Below are positions 1 through 8,921 of a stretch of DNA of 64,000 bases, one piece after another (position 1 is the stretch's first letter; each line of letters begins with the position of its first letter). The position numbers and the translations under genes were made by a program. The stretch is from Vicinamibacterales bacterium (GTDB lineage: Bacteria > Acidobacteriota > Vicinamibacteria > Vicinamibacterales > UBA2999), in contig CBDHFM010000012.1 in assembly GCA_965262505.1 (NCBI GenBank), positions 37,268 through 101,267 on the forward strand, given 5' to 3'. The notes beneath the pieces are model-generated. The model had not been told where the DNA came from. It did not search any database and was given only the letters and a program-made list of their open reading frames with translations.

Positions 1-66
1 CGGCGCTTTCGCGCCGGGTCCCCACTTTGCCCGATTACCCCCCCGGGCTCTCAGGAACGATGGGCT

Positions 67-2082
67 CTACGAGCCCTGCCGCCGCCGCCGAAACAGCTGC
101 CGCGCGCCGCCACCCAGCAGGCCCAGCCCGAGCAGCCACTGCGCAATCAACGGCAGCGCTGGCACCGGCTCCGGCGCCGGCCCGTCGGTCACGGTCACCA
201 TGACCTGCATGAGGCCGCTGACGCCGCTGCCCGTAGCCACCACGGTCACCGACTCGTTGGCCGTCAACGTGGCGGAGCCGCTCATGTCGCCCATCGCGAT
301 CATGATCGACTCGGCATCCAGTGTGCCGTCACCAACCACGGTCAGAGCGATCTCGACCGCGCCGTCGTCAGCCGTGACGGCTCGGCTGGCCGTCGCGGTG
401 ATCATCGTCGTGCCGCCCGCCGCGATCTCCATGGGCTCGGCGCTCAGCGTGACCACCAGCGGCGTGTCGACCACCGTCACCGGGAACGTGAGTGAGGCGT
501 CATTCGACACGGTCTGAGACGGCATGAGCGAGGACCCCGGCATTCTCGCCGTCCCGCTGACGGTGATCTTGGACTCGCCAGCCATCATCGCGTTGATCGT
601 GATCGTCTCGCCCGACGCGGACGCACTGACCGAGGTGCCCTCCACGCCGACGCTGTAGGTGGCCGTGTAGCCCTCCATCACGTCGAACAGGTCACTCGTC
701 ATGAGCTCGACCGTTTCACCCGGGTTCAGGCCGTCTTCGCCAGCCCCCGCCGCAATCGCGGCCTTGATCCCATCGTAGTCGGCCTCCGTCGCCTTCGGCT
801 CGATCTTCTTCGCCGTAGCGTCCTCAATGTAGAGCGACAGCACGCCCGCGCTCGTGCTGGTCTCGGAGCCAATCTTGCTGTCACCCGACACCATGGCGTC
901 GAACATGAGCGATTCCATGCCGACGTCCTCGTCCGCCCTCACCTCGAGTTCGACTCGATTACTCATCGGCGCGCCGCTCTCGATGGTGAGCGCCCCGACC
1001 AACGTGTAGTCCGCCGCATCGGCCGTGCCGGTCGGCCGCAACGCGACCGTGAGTTTCTCGGCGGCCTCCATGGCGTCCCCGTCGTCGTCGACCGACATCA
1101 CCGCCACCATAACGGATTCGCCTTCCGGCACCGATGTGGGTTGCGGGTCAAGGGTCTTCCCGTCCTTGTCGACCACCATCGCCTCGACCGCAGGCAGCGC
1201 GTTAATGTCCGCTACGTCGATCGTGATCGAGGCCCGCTCCGTCGAGTTCCCCGCCGATCCAGAATACGCGGTCAGCGTAAACGAGTCCTCGACGCGGTTT
1301 CCGTCGCCGTTGGCGCCGGTGGGCGTGGTGACCACAAGCAGCGCGCCTGCCTGGCCTGTCCCGGCGCTGATGGTGACTGCGCCGTTAGTAAGGCCCGTCG
1401 TTATGGGGTATTTCTGATTGTCAGAATGCAGAGTCAGAGCTAACTCATCATTGACGTGCACAGGATCTGCCCTGAGGGTCACGTTGATAGGACTCCCCTC
1501 CTTGGGCTTGTCCGTCGTCACTTTGAACACGTAGGTCTGGGTCTCGTCGTCCTCGATCTCGAGGTCAATGTCATCGATGGTGGACGTGAGACCACCTGTG
1601 ACACCTATATCCAGAACGACGTTCTCGTCTTCCGCGTCTGGGTCATGGGTCGTTTGCAAGCTGATGGTTTTGGAGACGACCACACCGATCTTTGCTTCGG
1701 CATTCATGGCGTCATTCTGATCATTTGCTGCAAAGACCAGCACCACCGTAGACGTGTCGCCGCCGGGATTAAACGAGGCATCCTGAGCCTCGCGCGTGTC
1801 GTCGCCCTGACCCGCAGTCGGTAACATAACCTCAACGGTGACCGTTCTGTCGCTTTCGTTGGCATCGACGGCGACGTCTGCGCTCGCGCTGATGGTGATC
1901 GTCGCGCTGTTGCCTTCGGTGACCGACTCCGGCACCTCGACCTTGACGCCGCCTTCGCCAAAGTCATCTGTCGCCGTGAGCTGCGCTTGCGCCGTCCCAG
2001 GAGACGCCGCCAGCAGCACAATCGCGGCAAGAGCCGTGAGCCAGTAGCCCTTCCGCATAAAAGTTGATCTCGCTCCGTTCAT
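67..2082 (-). CDS. Secreted surface protein with IPTL-CTERM-like sorting signal, allele 1
   Basis: N-terminal signal peptide ending AQA; acidic, Thr/Val-rich beta-sandwich-like body; C-terminal PEPVPALPLIAQWLLGLGLLGGG followed by RRRR (motif, TM helix, basic tail); AAGGAG 8 nt before the ATG. Confidence 0.85.
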   Translation of the reverse strand: MNGARSTFMRKGYWLTALAAIVLLAASPGTAQAQLTATDDFGEGGVKVEVPESVTEGNSATITISASADVAVDANESDRTVTVEVMLPTAGQGDDTREAQDASFNPGGDTSTVVLVFAANDQNDAMNAEAKIGVVVSKTISLQTTHDPDAEDENVVLDIGVTGGLTSTIDDIDLEIEDDETQTYVFKVTTDKPKEGSPINVTLRADPVHVNDELALTLHSDNQKYPITTGLTNGAVTISAGTGQAGALLVVTTPTGANGDGNRVEDSFTLTAYSGSAGNSTERASITIDVADINALPAVEAMVVDKDGKTLDPQPTSVPEGESVMVAVMSVDDDGDAMEAAEKLTVALRPTGTADAADYTLVGALTIESGAPMSNRVELEVRADEDVGMESLMFDAMVSGDSKIGSETSTSAGVLSLYIEDATAKKIEPKATEADYDGIKAAIAAGAGEDGLNPGETVELMTSDLFDVMEGYTATYSVGVEGTSVSASASGETITINAMMAGESKITVSGTARMPGSSLMPSQTVSNDASLTFPVTVVDTPLVVTLSAEPMEIAAGGTTMITATASRAVTADDGAVEIALTVVGDGTLDAESIMIAMGDMSGSATLTANESVTVVATGSGVSGLMQVMVTVTDGPAPEPVPALPLIAQWLLGLGLLGGGARQLFRRRRQGS

Positions 2083-2123
2083 GAGTGTCGCTCCTTTGAG
2101 ACTAGGGGGTAACGGTTACTTCT
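2055..2123. repeat. Direct repeat copy 1 (gene start, RBS and leader), putative att core region
   Basis: gcataaaagttgatctcgctccgttcatgagtgtcgctccttt[g/a]agactagggggtaacggttacttct also at 14123-14191 and 48414-48482; identity stops abruptly at or within 2 nt after ggttacttct. Confidence 0.85.
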
Positions 2124-2186
2124 TCATTCGCTGGCACCCCCACACGTCATGATTGGAGAATGGTTTACAGACTTTTCTAACGTCCC

Positions 2187-2206
2187 CTCCCCTCAAGATA
2201 CCCATA
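2187..2206 (+). repeat. Putative integrase arm-type site pair, element A left end
   Basis: cccctcaagataccc (2189-2203) recurs exactly at 11921-11935; 12-bp period; about 60 bp from the repeat end across an AT-richer spacer. Confidence 0.6.
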
Positions 2207-2582
2207 CATCCGAGACGGATTCCGATGGACAAATGCGGCCGCTCGTGGACGCGATCCGGCGCGCGCGCCGTGCGGGGCTGATCTTTTTCCTTCTCGATGG
2301 AGACCGGCAGTAGAATGCCCGCCGGCACTCCAGTCGCTTCCGTGACAATCTCAGATGTGACTTCTTACGAGCTTTGGCAGGTTGCGGGAAGACCGTCGAG
2401 ACCGAGGCTTGGTGGGTGTTTGGCGATCTTAGGTCATCATGGGATACGTCGACATTGTCCGACCGGCGGATCCGGCTGTGCCAACACCATCGACCTCGGG
2501 GTTCACTGCGCTGCCTTGCCAGCAGGATCGACCGTGCGCGCTTGGATGAAACCTGCCGTCAAGGCCGGATGTTGGGGTTCTC

Positions 2583-3635
2583 TCAATGTCGGCCGGCCCT
2601 GCCGTTCAGGACTCGCTCGATCTGTTCGGCGGACGCCAGAATTTCCTCGAATGCGGGGGCTGCGCCAAAGATCATGGTCGTTGTATTGGCATAGTCGCGA
2701 CCGAGGGCGTCAATCATCGCGTTGGTGAGCGCGATTGCGAACGTGCCGTGGGCGGCGGACGCGAGATCGAGGTCGGGCCGGTCAAAGAACATGCGGGCAT
2801 GTCGGACGCAGTCACCGCCAAGGTCGCGGTCCGCCAGCGCCGCCTCGCCGACCTCTGAGCGGAGCAGGCAATGCAGGTCGTAGTAGTGCCGCGACACACG
2901 CTGTCCCGCCTGCCGGAGGACGCCGCGTCGCTCATACCAGCGGCGCAGGCCATGCGCGATCACGATCTTGTCCCAGAAGGTGCGGGTGGGGTCGATGGCG
3001 GTCACGCCGTCGATCGCCAGGTCGAGCTCTGCTGCATCCTCGCCGATATAGGGCCGGATTGCGACGAGGCGGTTGGGATCGAGCGCTGACTTCGCGCCGC
3101 CTTCGAGTCGCACGGCCGGCCGCACATAGGCTGCATCGCGTGGCTCTACCTCGGGATACCAGACGAGCAATGTCTGTCCGTCGGGATCGTCCTGGTCGAT
3201 CTCGACGCGCCCGACGCCGCCGGTGGCACCGGCGAGCTGCGCGCCGAGAAACGTTTGGAGTGGACCCGTGATGTAGGCGCGGCACGCGTCCCGGATCGCG
3301 TCGAGCCTCGTCCGGCGCTTCTTGTTCGACAGGGCCTCCAGTTCCTCGACCGACGCCGGCTCGTCGAGATCATCCCGGAACACGGTGATGTCGATATCTT
3401 CGGAGAAGCGCTGGATCAGGCCATAGGCTTTCGACAGCGACGTGCCGCCCTTGAAGAGGAGACGGGGTCCTCCGGCAGGGCGTTCGCGATAGAGCGCATT
3501 CAGGGTCCAGCAGACCCAGAAGTCCTTTTCGACATGGCCGACCGGGGCGCCGATCCGATTGGCGGTCGCGAGAAACAGATCGAGCCGGTCACGCGGCGTC
3601 GCGGCGATGATGCGGCCATAGGCACCGGTCGTCAT
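2583..3635 (-). CDS. abiEii: AbiEii/AbiGii-family nucleotidyltransferase toxin (type IV TA)
   Basis: VEKDFWV, FKGGTSLSK, RFSEDIDI and SRHYYDL motifs. Confidence 0.9.
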   Translation of the reverse strand: MTTGAYGRIIAATPRDRLDLFLATANRIGAPVGHVEKDFWVCWTLNALYRERPAGGPRLLFKGGTSLSKAYGLIQRFSEDIDITVFRDDLDEPASVEELEALSNKKRRTRLDAIRDACRAYITGPLQTFLGAQLAGATGGVGRVEIDQDDPDGQTLLVWYPEVEPRDAAYVRPAVRLEGGAKSALDPNRLVAIRPYIGEDAAELDLAIDGVTAIDPTRTFWDKIVIAHGLRRWYERRGVLRQAGQRVSRHYYDLHCLLRSEVGEAALADRDLGGDCVRHARMFFDRPDLDLASAAHGTFAIALTNAMIDALGRDYANTTTMIFGAAPAFEEILASAEQIERVLNGRAGRH

Positions 3636-4300
3636 CGCGGCACCTCGCCCACGTCAGCGGATCCCAGCAGATCGCGCAGGAATTCCTGCATCCAGATCGG
3701 CAGGGCGGAGAAACCCGCTCGCAGATCGTCGCGGATCGTCTGTCCGTGTCGGGAATCCGCGAGCAGGCGGCGCAACACGGCCTGGACGCGCCGACGCTCG
3801 CTGTCTTGGGACAGCATATCCTGCATCCAGTGCAGCGCCTGAACGACTCGCATGGCGGGCCGGCCGGCCCAATGGAGGCGACTGGGCGCCGCGAACTTGA
3901 AATGGATTTCCTGGCTGCCGAGCTTGATCGGCTTCAGTCGCGCGTCGATCAACACTTCGATGCGTGCCGGAACTGCGGTGGTGAGACCGAGGTCATTGGC
4001 GGCGGTCATGCCGTCGATGACGGCACGAACCTGGTCGCGGCGGGTGACGGCCCGGATGACGGCGCGATAGTCGGGTACGGTCTGGCGCCCGGTCAGCCCG
4101 CTCCTGCGGGGCCGATCGTACAGGCCCCGGTCGATGCGTCGCAGCTCGCCCGCGGCGGCGAGGCGCTGCAAGGTCTTGTCGACGGCGGCGCGGCTGCCAA
4201 GGTCGGCAAAATCGCTGGGCGCCCAGACCTCGTCCGGGCTGGCCGCCACGCGGGCCAGTAGGCGGGAGCGAAGATCCGTGTCTTGCGTCAAGGTTTCCAT
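3632..4300 (-). CDS. DUF6088/AbiEi-like antitoxin
   Basis: DFADLGSRAAVDKTLQRL...RIDRGLY and AANDLGLTTAVP; 4-bp overlap with the toxin gene; start reassigned to ATG 4300 because the longer ORF is fused to an IS remnant. Confidence 0.8.
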   Translation of the reverse strand: METLTQDTDLRSRLLARVAASPDEVWAPSDFADLGSRAAVDKTLQRLAAAGELRRIDRGLYDRPRRSGLTGRQTVPDYRAVIRAVTRRDQVRAVIDGMTAANDLGLTTAVPARIEVLIDARLKPIKLGSQEIHFKFAAPSRLHWAGRPAMRVVQALHWMQDMLSQDSERRRVQAVLRRLLADSRHGQTIRDDLRAGFSALPIWMQEFLRDLLGSADVGEVPR

Positions 4301-4359
4301 GTCCGAAGTATGATGCATTGTTTGGACGCAACACCACGGCGAGGTCACGGTGCCGGTCA

Positions 4360-4519
4360 CGCAGGCCACGCGGACTTTACCCGCATTCGCAACGTGCAGC
4401 TTGGCCGCTTCACCATTGACCGGCTGATGACCGTGCTCAACAAACTCGGCCAGCACGTAGACGTGCAGATCGACGTTCACCCGCGTCGAGCTGCTGACGA
4501 AGCGTCTCCGCGTCCGTGA
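4360..4519 (+). pseudogene. 3' fragment of an XRE/HigA-like HTH protein
   Basis: ADFTRIRNVQLGRFTIDRLMTVLNKLGQHVDV resembles the C-terminal half of HTH_37-type proteins; no N-terminus. Confidence 0.55.
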
Positions 4520-4599
4520 AGCATCGTGGGGCGGTGCTGGCGCTGTTGGCGGGCAGCGTGACCACGACGGCTCCCCCCAGCCATTCCCCACCGCGTCCG

Positions 4600-4808
4600 T
4601 GAGACGTGAATCGATGATCCCCCTGGAGGGATCCAGCCGCGGCGAGTCCTGCGCGCCACCTGTCGACAGGTCCCGGTCCAACTGACCGGTCTCGATCCAC
4701 TCGTGGATCGTCCGGCGGCGCACGCCGAAGCGTCTCGACACACTCTGCCTTCGAGACGCCCCGTTCCAGGTAGTGCTTCAGCAACATCCTCGTCTCCCAT
4801 CCGTGCAT
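4600..4808 (-). pseudogene. IS21-family istA N-terminal remnant
   Basis: MHGWETRMLLKHYLERGVSKAE, then a frameshift into SRRFGVRRRTIHEWIETGQLDRDL. Confidence 0.6.
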
Positions 4809-4996
4809 CCGTGCCCCGCTGTTGACGTCGCCAATCTCGCGGCGTGCGCCGCCGCGGAGTCGCACGCCGACAGGGAGGCAAGGGTTTTTAGTCGGGATCG
4901 GCTGGTGAGCGCGCCGCCCCTCACGGTGCACAACAGGGCCGATCAGGTCCTATTGCGTCCCAACGGGCCTGTTGAGGTCTACGTAGGTAAGAAATG

Positions 4997-5050
4997 GTAA
5001 TATCTCTTTATTACACAGTAGTTTACAAGTTTTATACACTGGGCTAGACT
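4997..5050 (+). promoter_or_regulatory. Palindromic operator plus sigma70 promoter of alpA
   Basis: GTAATATCTCTTTATTAC (4997-5014); TTTACA (5022-5027), 17 bp, TAGACT (5045-5050); conserved in element B. Confidence 0.65.
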
Positions 5051-5118
5051 GTCGCGGTAGGCCACCAAAACACAGACACGGCCCTGGTCACGGCCGGGCC
5101 ACCAACCAGGACGGAACC

Positions 5119-5319
5119 ATGACCACGAAACTGCTCACGCTCCGCGACGTGACGGCGCTCACCGCGCTGTCCCGCTCGACTGTCTACGTGATGATGGCCG
5201 AGTCCAGGTTCCCGAAGCCGATCCGCATCGGCAACCGGGCGGTCCGGTGGGTCGAACAGGAAATGCTCGACTTCATCGCCAGCCGCCCGCGCGGCGGCTC
5301 GGATCGGCCCACGGCATAG
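5119..5319 (+). CDS. alpA: AlpA-family regulator / probable recombination directionality factor
   Basis: LLTLRDVTALTALSRSTVY...FPKPIRIGNRAVRW. Confidence 0.9.
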   Translation: MTTKLLTLRDVTALTALSRSTVYVMMAESRFPKPIRIGNRAVRWVEQEMLDFIASRPRGGSDRPTA

Positions 5320-5342
5320 CCGGAATGATCGAAGACCGACGC

Positions 5343-5447
5343 ATCACCTTTCTCCCGACCGTTGAGCCGGAGCTGAGGATCGGCCACCCGTTGAGGACCA
5401 TCGTCACGTACGTGCGCGGCAACCGGGCATGGGTGACGGGACCATGA
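5343..5447 (+). pseudogene. virB8 3'-end remnant
   Basis: ITFLPTVEPELRIGHPLRTIVTYVRGNRAWVTGP* aligns with the C-terminus of 27491-28153 (FTFIETVEPELMIVNPMGILITYLRGDRALVTG*). Confidence 0.75.
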
Positions 5448-6430
5448 TCCCCCACGTGGAGGACCGCGCGGCGGCGCTCGCAGCGCTCGGCTGGACCGGC
5501 CGAGCGGCCGACTGGATCGCGCTGGTCTGTCTCCATAGCGGCGTCTTTACGCGGTCGCAGTGGTGTTATGTGTTCGAGGATCCGTACCGTGTGGCGGCCA
5601 CCCGGTTTGTCCGCACCCTCCTGGATCGCGGCGTGGCGGTGGAGGACGCGCGGGCCATCTTCCCCGGCGGCGGGCGGGCCGTCCACATCACGCACAAACC
5701 GATCTACCGGGCGCTCGGCATCGAGGACAGCAAGCACCGCCGGGGCGCGCAGGAAACGACAACCCAGGTGCTCATGCGGCGGCTGCTGTCGCTCGACTAC
5801 ATCATCGAGCGGCCGACCCTCGGATGGCTCCCAACCGAGGAGGAAAAGGTGCGCCGGTTTGACGCGCTCGGCATCAACCGGGCGATGCTGCCCTACCGGG
5901 TCTCTGGCACGGCGGGCAAGGGGCAGACACGCTTTTTTGCGCTCAAGTTTCCCGTCGCCGTGGACGAGAAGGCGGCGACGTTTGCCTACGTGGATCCGGG
6001 ACTGACCACAGACAGTGAACTCCGCGCCTGGGGAAAGACCCACGCGCCGCTCTGGGCCGCCCTACGGGCGCGGACATTCGCCGTGCAGATTGTCGCCATC
6101 GGCATAGGCGAGTCGGCCGCTGACCGGGCCGAGAAAGTGCTCCGTCCCTGGACGAGAGCGGGCGACCGGCAGGCCGAGGCGACCCCGGCCGGGAAGACCC
6201 AGGCCGACCCGGCAGTCCAGCACGAACTTGCGGAACTTGAGCGGGCCATTGTGCAGGTCGACCGGAAAGCCCTGCACGCGTTGGGGGGAATCGGCGCGGC
6301 ATCCAGGCGGGTCCTGACACTCCGACAACTCCCCACCGGAACCACTCTGAACGCGAGCCCGCGCGGCTCGATCGACCGCTATACGACGTGGAGCACGAGT
6401 CGGTTAATCAGTCCCGAGGGGGCGGGATGA
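5444..6430 (+). CDS. Conserved element protein of unknown function (possible atypical relaxase or Rep)
   Basis: Close paralog of 28150-29172 in the same virB8-ORF-structured DNA-virD4 synteny. Confidence 0.75.
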   Translation: MIPHVEDRAAALAALGWTGRAADWIALVCLHSGVFTRSQWCYVFEDPYRVAATRFVRTLLDRGVAVEDARAIFPGGGRAVHITHKPIYRALGIEDSKHRRGAQETTTQVLMRRLLSLDYIIERPTLGWLPTEEEKVRRFDALGINRAMLPYRVSGTAGKGQTRFFALKFPVAVDEKAATFAYVDPGLTTDSELRAWGKTHAPLWAALRARTFAVQIVAIGIGESAADRAEKVLRPWTRAGDRQAEATPAGKTQADPAVQHELAELERAIVQVDRKALHALGGIGAASRRVLTLRQLPTGTTLNASPRGSIDRYTTWSTSRLISPEGAG

Positions 6431-6465
6431 CGAACGTGACGGTGACCTGTCGGCTGGACTGTTCC

Positions 6466-6761
6466 GGGGTCGCGGTGGGGGTCGCGGTGGGGGTCGCGCA
6501 ACATGTTGCACCGACAGAGGGGGGGGTGCAACACAAAGAGGTGGGGGGGGTGCAACATCTCCCCCGTCCATGTTCCGCTGTGTCTGTTCGGGTTGTTCGT
6601 CCTACACCGTCTCGACCGAACCGCGCCAGCGGAGAGGGAAAAGACGGGAGCGACCCCCCCATTTTCGCCGCTGGCGCGGCTCGGCGAGTGGGGGGGTGTC
6701 ACACCTGGTGCAACACCAGGTGCGACACCCCCCGTCGCCACGGGTGGGGGTCGCTCCCGTC
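6466..6761. other. Structured non-coding region, candidate oriT/origin of element A
   Basis: 20-bp stem at 6691-6733, 16-bp perfect IR at 6643-6658/6746-6761, 12-bp tandem repeats; homologous to 29207-29503. Confidence 0.5.
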
Positions 6762-6832
6762 CGAAATCATCCCTGCGGGAAGGCGAAGACGCCCGCTAAC
6801 GGGCGCGCGCAGACGCGCCAAGGAGCCACGCG

Positions 6833-8875
6833 ATGCTTGACCGTTTTATCCGCATCTTCATCGTCATCGGCGGCGTGTCCAGCGTGTGCGCGCTCACCTG
6901 GCCGGGACTGTTCCCCGTCGATGATCCCGTGGCCGTGCTGGTCCGCTACCACACGCCCAACGTGTACCGGGCCGTCGTCGCCTGGTACTACGTCGCGCCC
7001 GGCGTCGCCGTGTTCCTCGTCGGCCAGCTCCTCGTCGGCACGTACCGGACCTGGTTCGCCAGATGGGGCGGCGGGCTGGGGCTCCACGCCACCCTCCCGA
7101 CGTGGCCACTTTCGCCGACGGCAGACGGCCCGGCGATCGTTATCGGCGAGGTCCACCACCCCGTCAAACTGACAGAGAGCCCGACCCCAAACTGGCTCGT
7201 CATCCCGGAGCGGGGGCTCTATACCGGCGTGGCGATCATTGGGGCCGTGGGCAGCGGTAAAACCTCCGCGTGCATGCACCCCTTCGCGCGGCAACTGTTG
7301 AGCTGGCAAGCGACGAACCCCGAGCGGCGTGTGGCGGCGCTGGTCCTCGAAGTGAAGGGGGACTTCTGCCATGACATCCGCCGCATCTTGGCCGAGTCGG
7401 GCCGCGAGGGCGACTACCTCGAATTGAGCATGGGCGGCGGCGTGACCTGGAATCCGCTCTCGGCCTGGTGGCTCGATTCGTACTCGCTCGCCTACACCGT
7501 CTCGTCGCTCCTCAATCAACTGTTCGGCAAGGGGAAGGAACCGTTCTGGCAGCAGGCGTACACCAATCTGGTCCGGTGGATCATCGAGCTGTACCGCGTG
7601 CTTCCCGGCCAGTGGGTGACGCTCCAAGACGTGTACCACTGCGCCATCGACAAAGACCTGTTTGCCCGAAAAATCAAACAGGCGCAGGCGTTCGCGGCCG
7701 ACTTGGTTGAGACGCGGGCGATCCTGTCCGGTCACGACTACTTCACGCACGTGGACGACCTGGAAGCATGGGGGTTTGAGGCGCACCCGGCACACCCGAC
7801 CGACATGATCGTGCGGGTCAATCACGACGTGATCGCGTTCCTCACAGACAAGCACATCACGCATCGGATCGAACGAATCGAGAGCGAGGGCGCGAAGGAG
7901 ATCCGGCTCCGCGTGGAGGCCGTCAACAGGTGGTATGTCCACGACTGGAACACCCTCGACCACAAGATCCGGTCGAGTATCGTCGAGGGGATATCCGTGT
8001 TCCTGTCGATGTTCGATCTGCCGTCCGTCGCGCGGGTCTTTTGCCCGCCCAGGCCCGAGACGCGGCCCTCCCGCACACGGCCTGCGACCGATGACGAGCG
8101 TCCACAGCATCAGCCCCTCACCACGTCGGCGCTCCGCCAGTCGTTGCCGCCACTCGACCAGCTCATCGACCAAGGGAAGGTGCTCGCACTGAACATGCCC
8201 GCCGGCACCAACCCAGCACTGGCCCGCGCGATCGGCGTCATGCTCAAGAACGCCTGGCTGCAGTCCCTCTTGCTGAGGCCGGCCAAGATGAAGGCCACGC
8301 CCACCCGGTACTTCCGGCCGGCCGTATTCATCTGCGACGAGTATCAGGCGTTCGCCAGCGTCGGCGAGGATGACCCGAGCGGCGACGAGAAAGCCTTTGC
8401 CCTCACCCGGCAATGCCGCGTCATCCCCATCGTCGCCACGCAATCGATCTCTTCCCTTCGGTCTGTGCTTGGCAGTTCCGAGGCGTGGCGGACGCTCCTG
8501 CAAACGCTCCGCACCCGGATCTTTTTGAGCTTGAGTGACGAAGCCAGCGCCGACATCGCCTCGAAGCTGTGCGGGCAGGTCGCCAAGATTAAAAGCTCGT
8601 ACACGATCAACGAAAGCGGGAAATCGAGCGGTATCAATTTTCTGTCCGCCCAGGCCGGCGGGGGCCGGGCCAGCGTCGGCGCGAGCAAGAGTTTCAAGGA
8701 GCAGCGCGAGGCGCTCTTTCAGCCGCGCGACTTCGCGCTCCTCGGCAACTGTCAGGCGATCTGTCTCCCCTACGATGGGGTACAGTCACTCCCGCCCCGG
8801 CGCGTGTACCTCAAGCCGCACTACCTCCCCGCCACGCTCCCGTACTGGAACGCGAAACGAGCCGGACAGCTCTGA
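6833..8875 (+). CDS. virD4: VirD4/TraD-like type IV coupling protein
   Basis: Two N-terminal TM segments, Walker A GAVGSGKT, Walker B FICDEYQ, VATQSISSL. Confidence 0.85.
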   Translation: MLDRFIRIFIVIGGVSSVCALTWPGLFPVDDPVAVLVRYHTPNVYRAVVAWYYVAPGVAVFLVGQLLVGTYRTWFARWGGGLGLHATLPTWPLSPTADGPAIVIGEVHHPVKLTESPTPNWLVIPERGLYTGVAIIGAVGSGKTSACMHPFARQLLSWQATNPERRVAALVLEVKGDFCHDIRRILAESGREGDYLELSMGGGVTWNPLSAWWLDSYSLAYTVSSLLNQLFGKGKEPFWQQAYTNLVRWIIELYRVLPGQWVTLQDVYHCAIDKDLFARKIKQAQAFAADLVETRAILSGHDYFTHVDDLEAWGFEAHPAHPTDMIVRVNHDVIAFLTDKHITHRIERIESEGAKEIRLRVEAVNRWYVHDWNTLDHKIRSSIVEGISVFLSMFDLPSVARVFCPPRPETRPSRTRPATDDERPQHQPLTTSALRQSLPPLDQLIDQGKVLALNMPAGTNPALARAIGVMLKNAWLQSLLLRPAKMKATPTRYFRPAVFICDEYQAFASVGEDDPSGDEKAFALTRQCRVIPIVATQSISSLRSVLGSSEAWRTLLQTLRTRIFLSLSDEASADIASKLCGQVAKIKSSYTINESGKSSGINFLSAQAGGGRASVGASKSFKEQREALFQPRDFALLGNCQAICLPYDGVQSLPPRRVYLKPHYLPATLPYWNAKRAGQL

Positions 8876-8921
8876 GCGAGGCGGATGGACTGGAACGCCT
8901 GAACCCGTGTCGCCCCGGCCT

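Noticed and set aside
2055-2123. tRNA or tmRNA integration target
   Set aside because: The repeat is a protein-gene start and leader; no cloverleaf was seen anywhere in the window.
2324-2580. IS6-family remnant (LDET-like motif)
   Set aside because: Too degenerate to support without an alignment.
3632-4741. 369-aa fusion ORF as listed in the track
   Set aside because: Chance read-through of an IS21 remnant and an antisense HTH fragment into the antitoxin frame.
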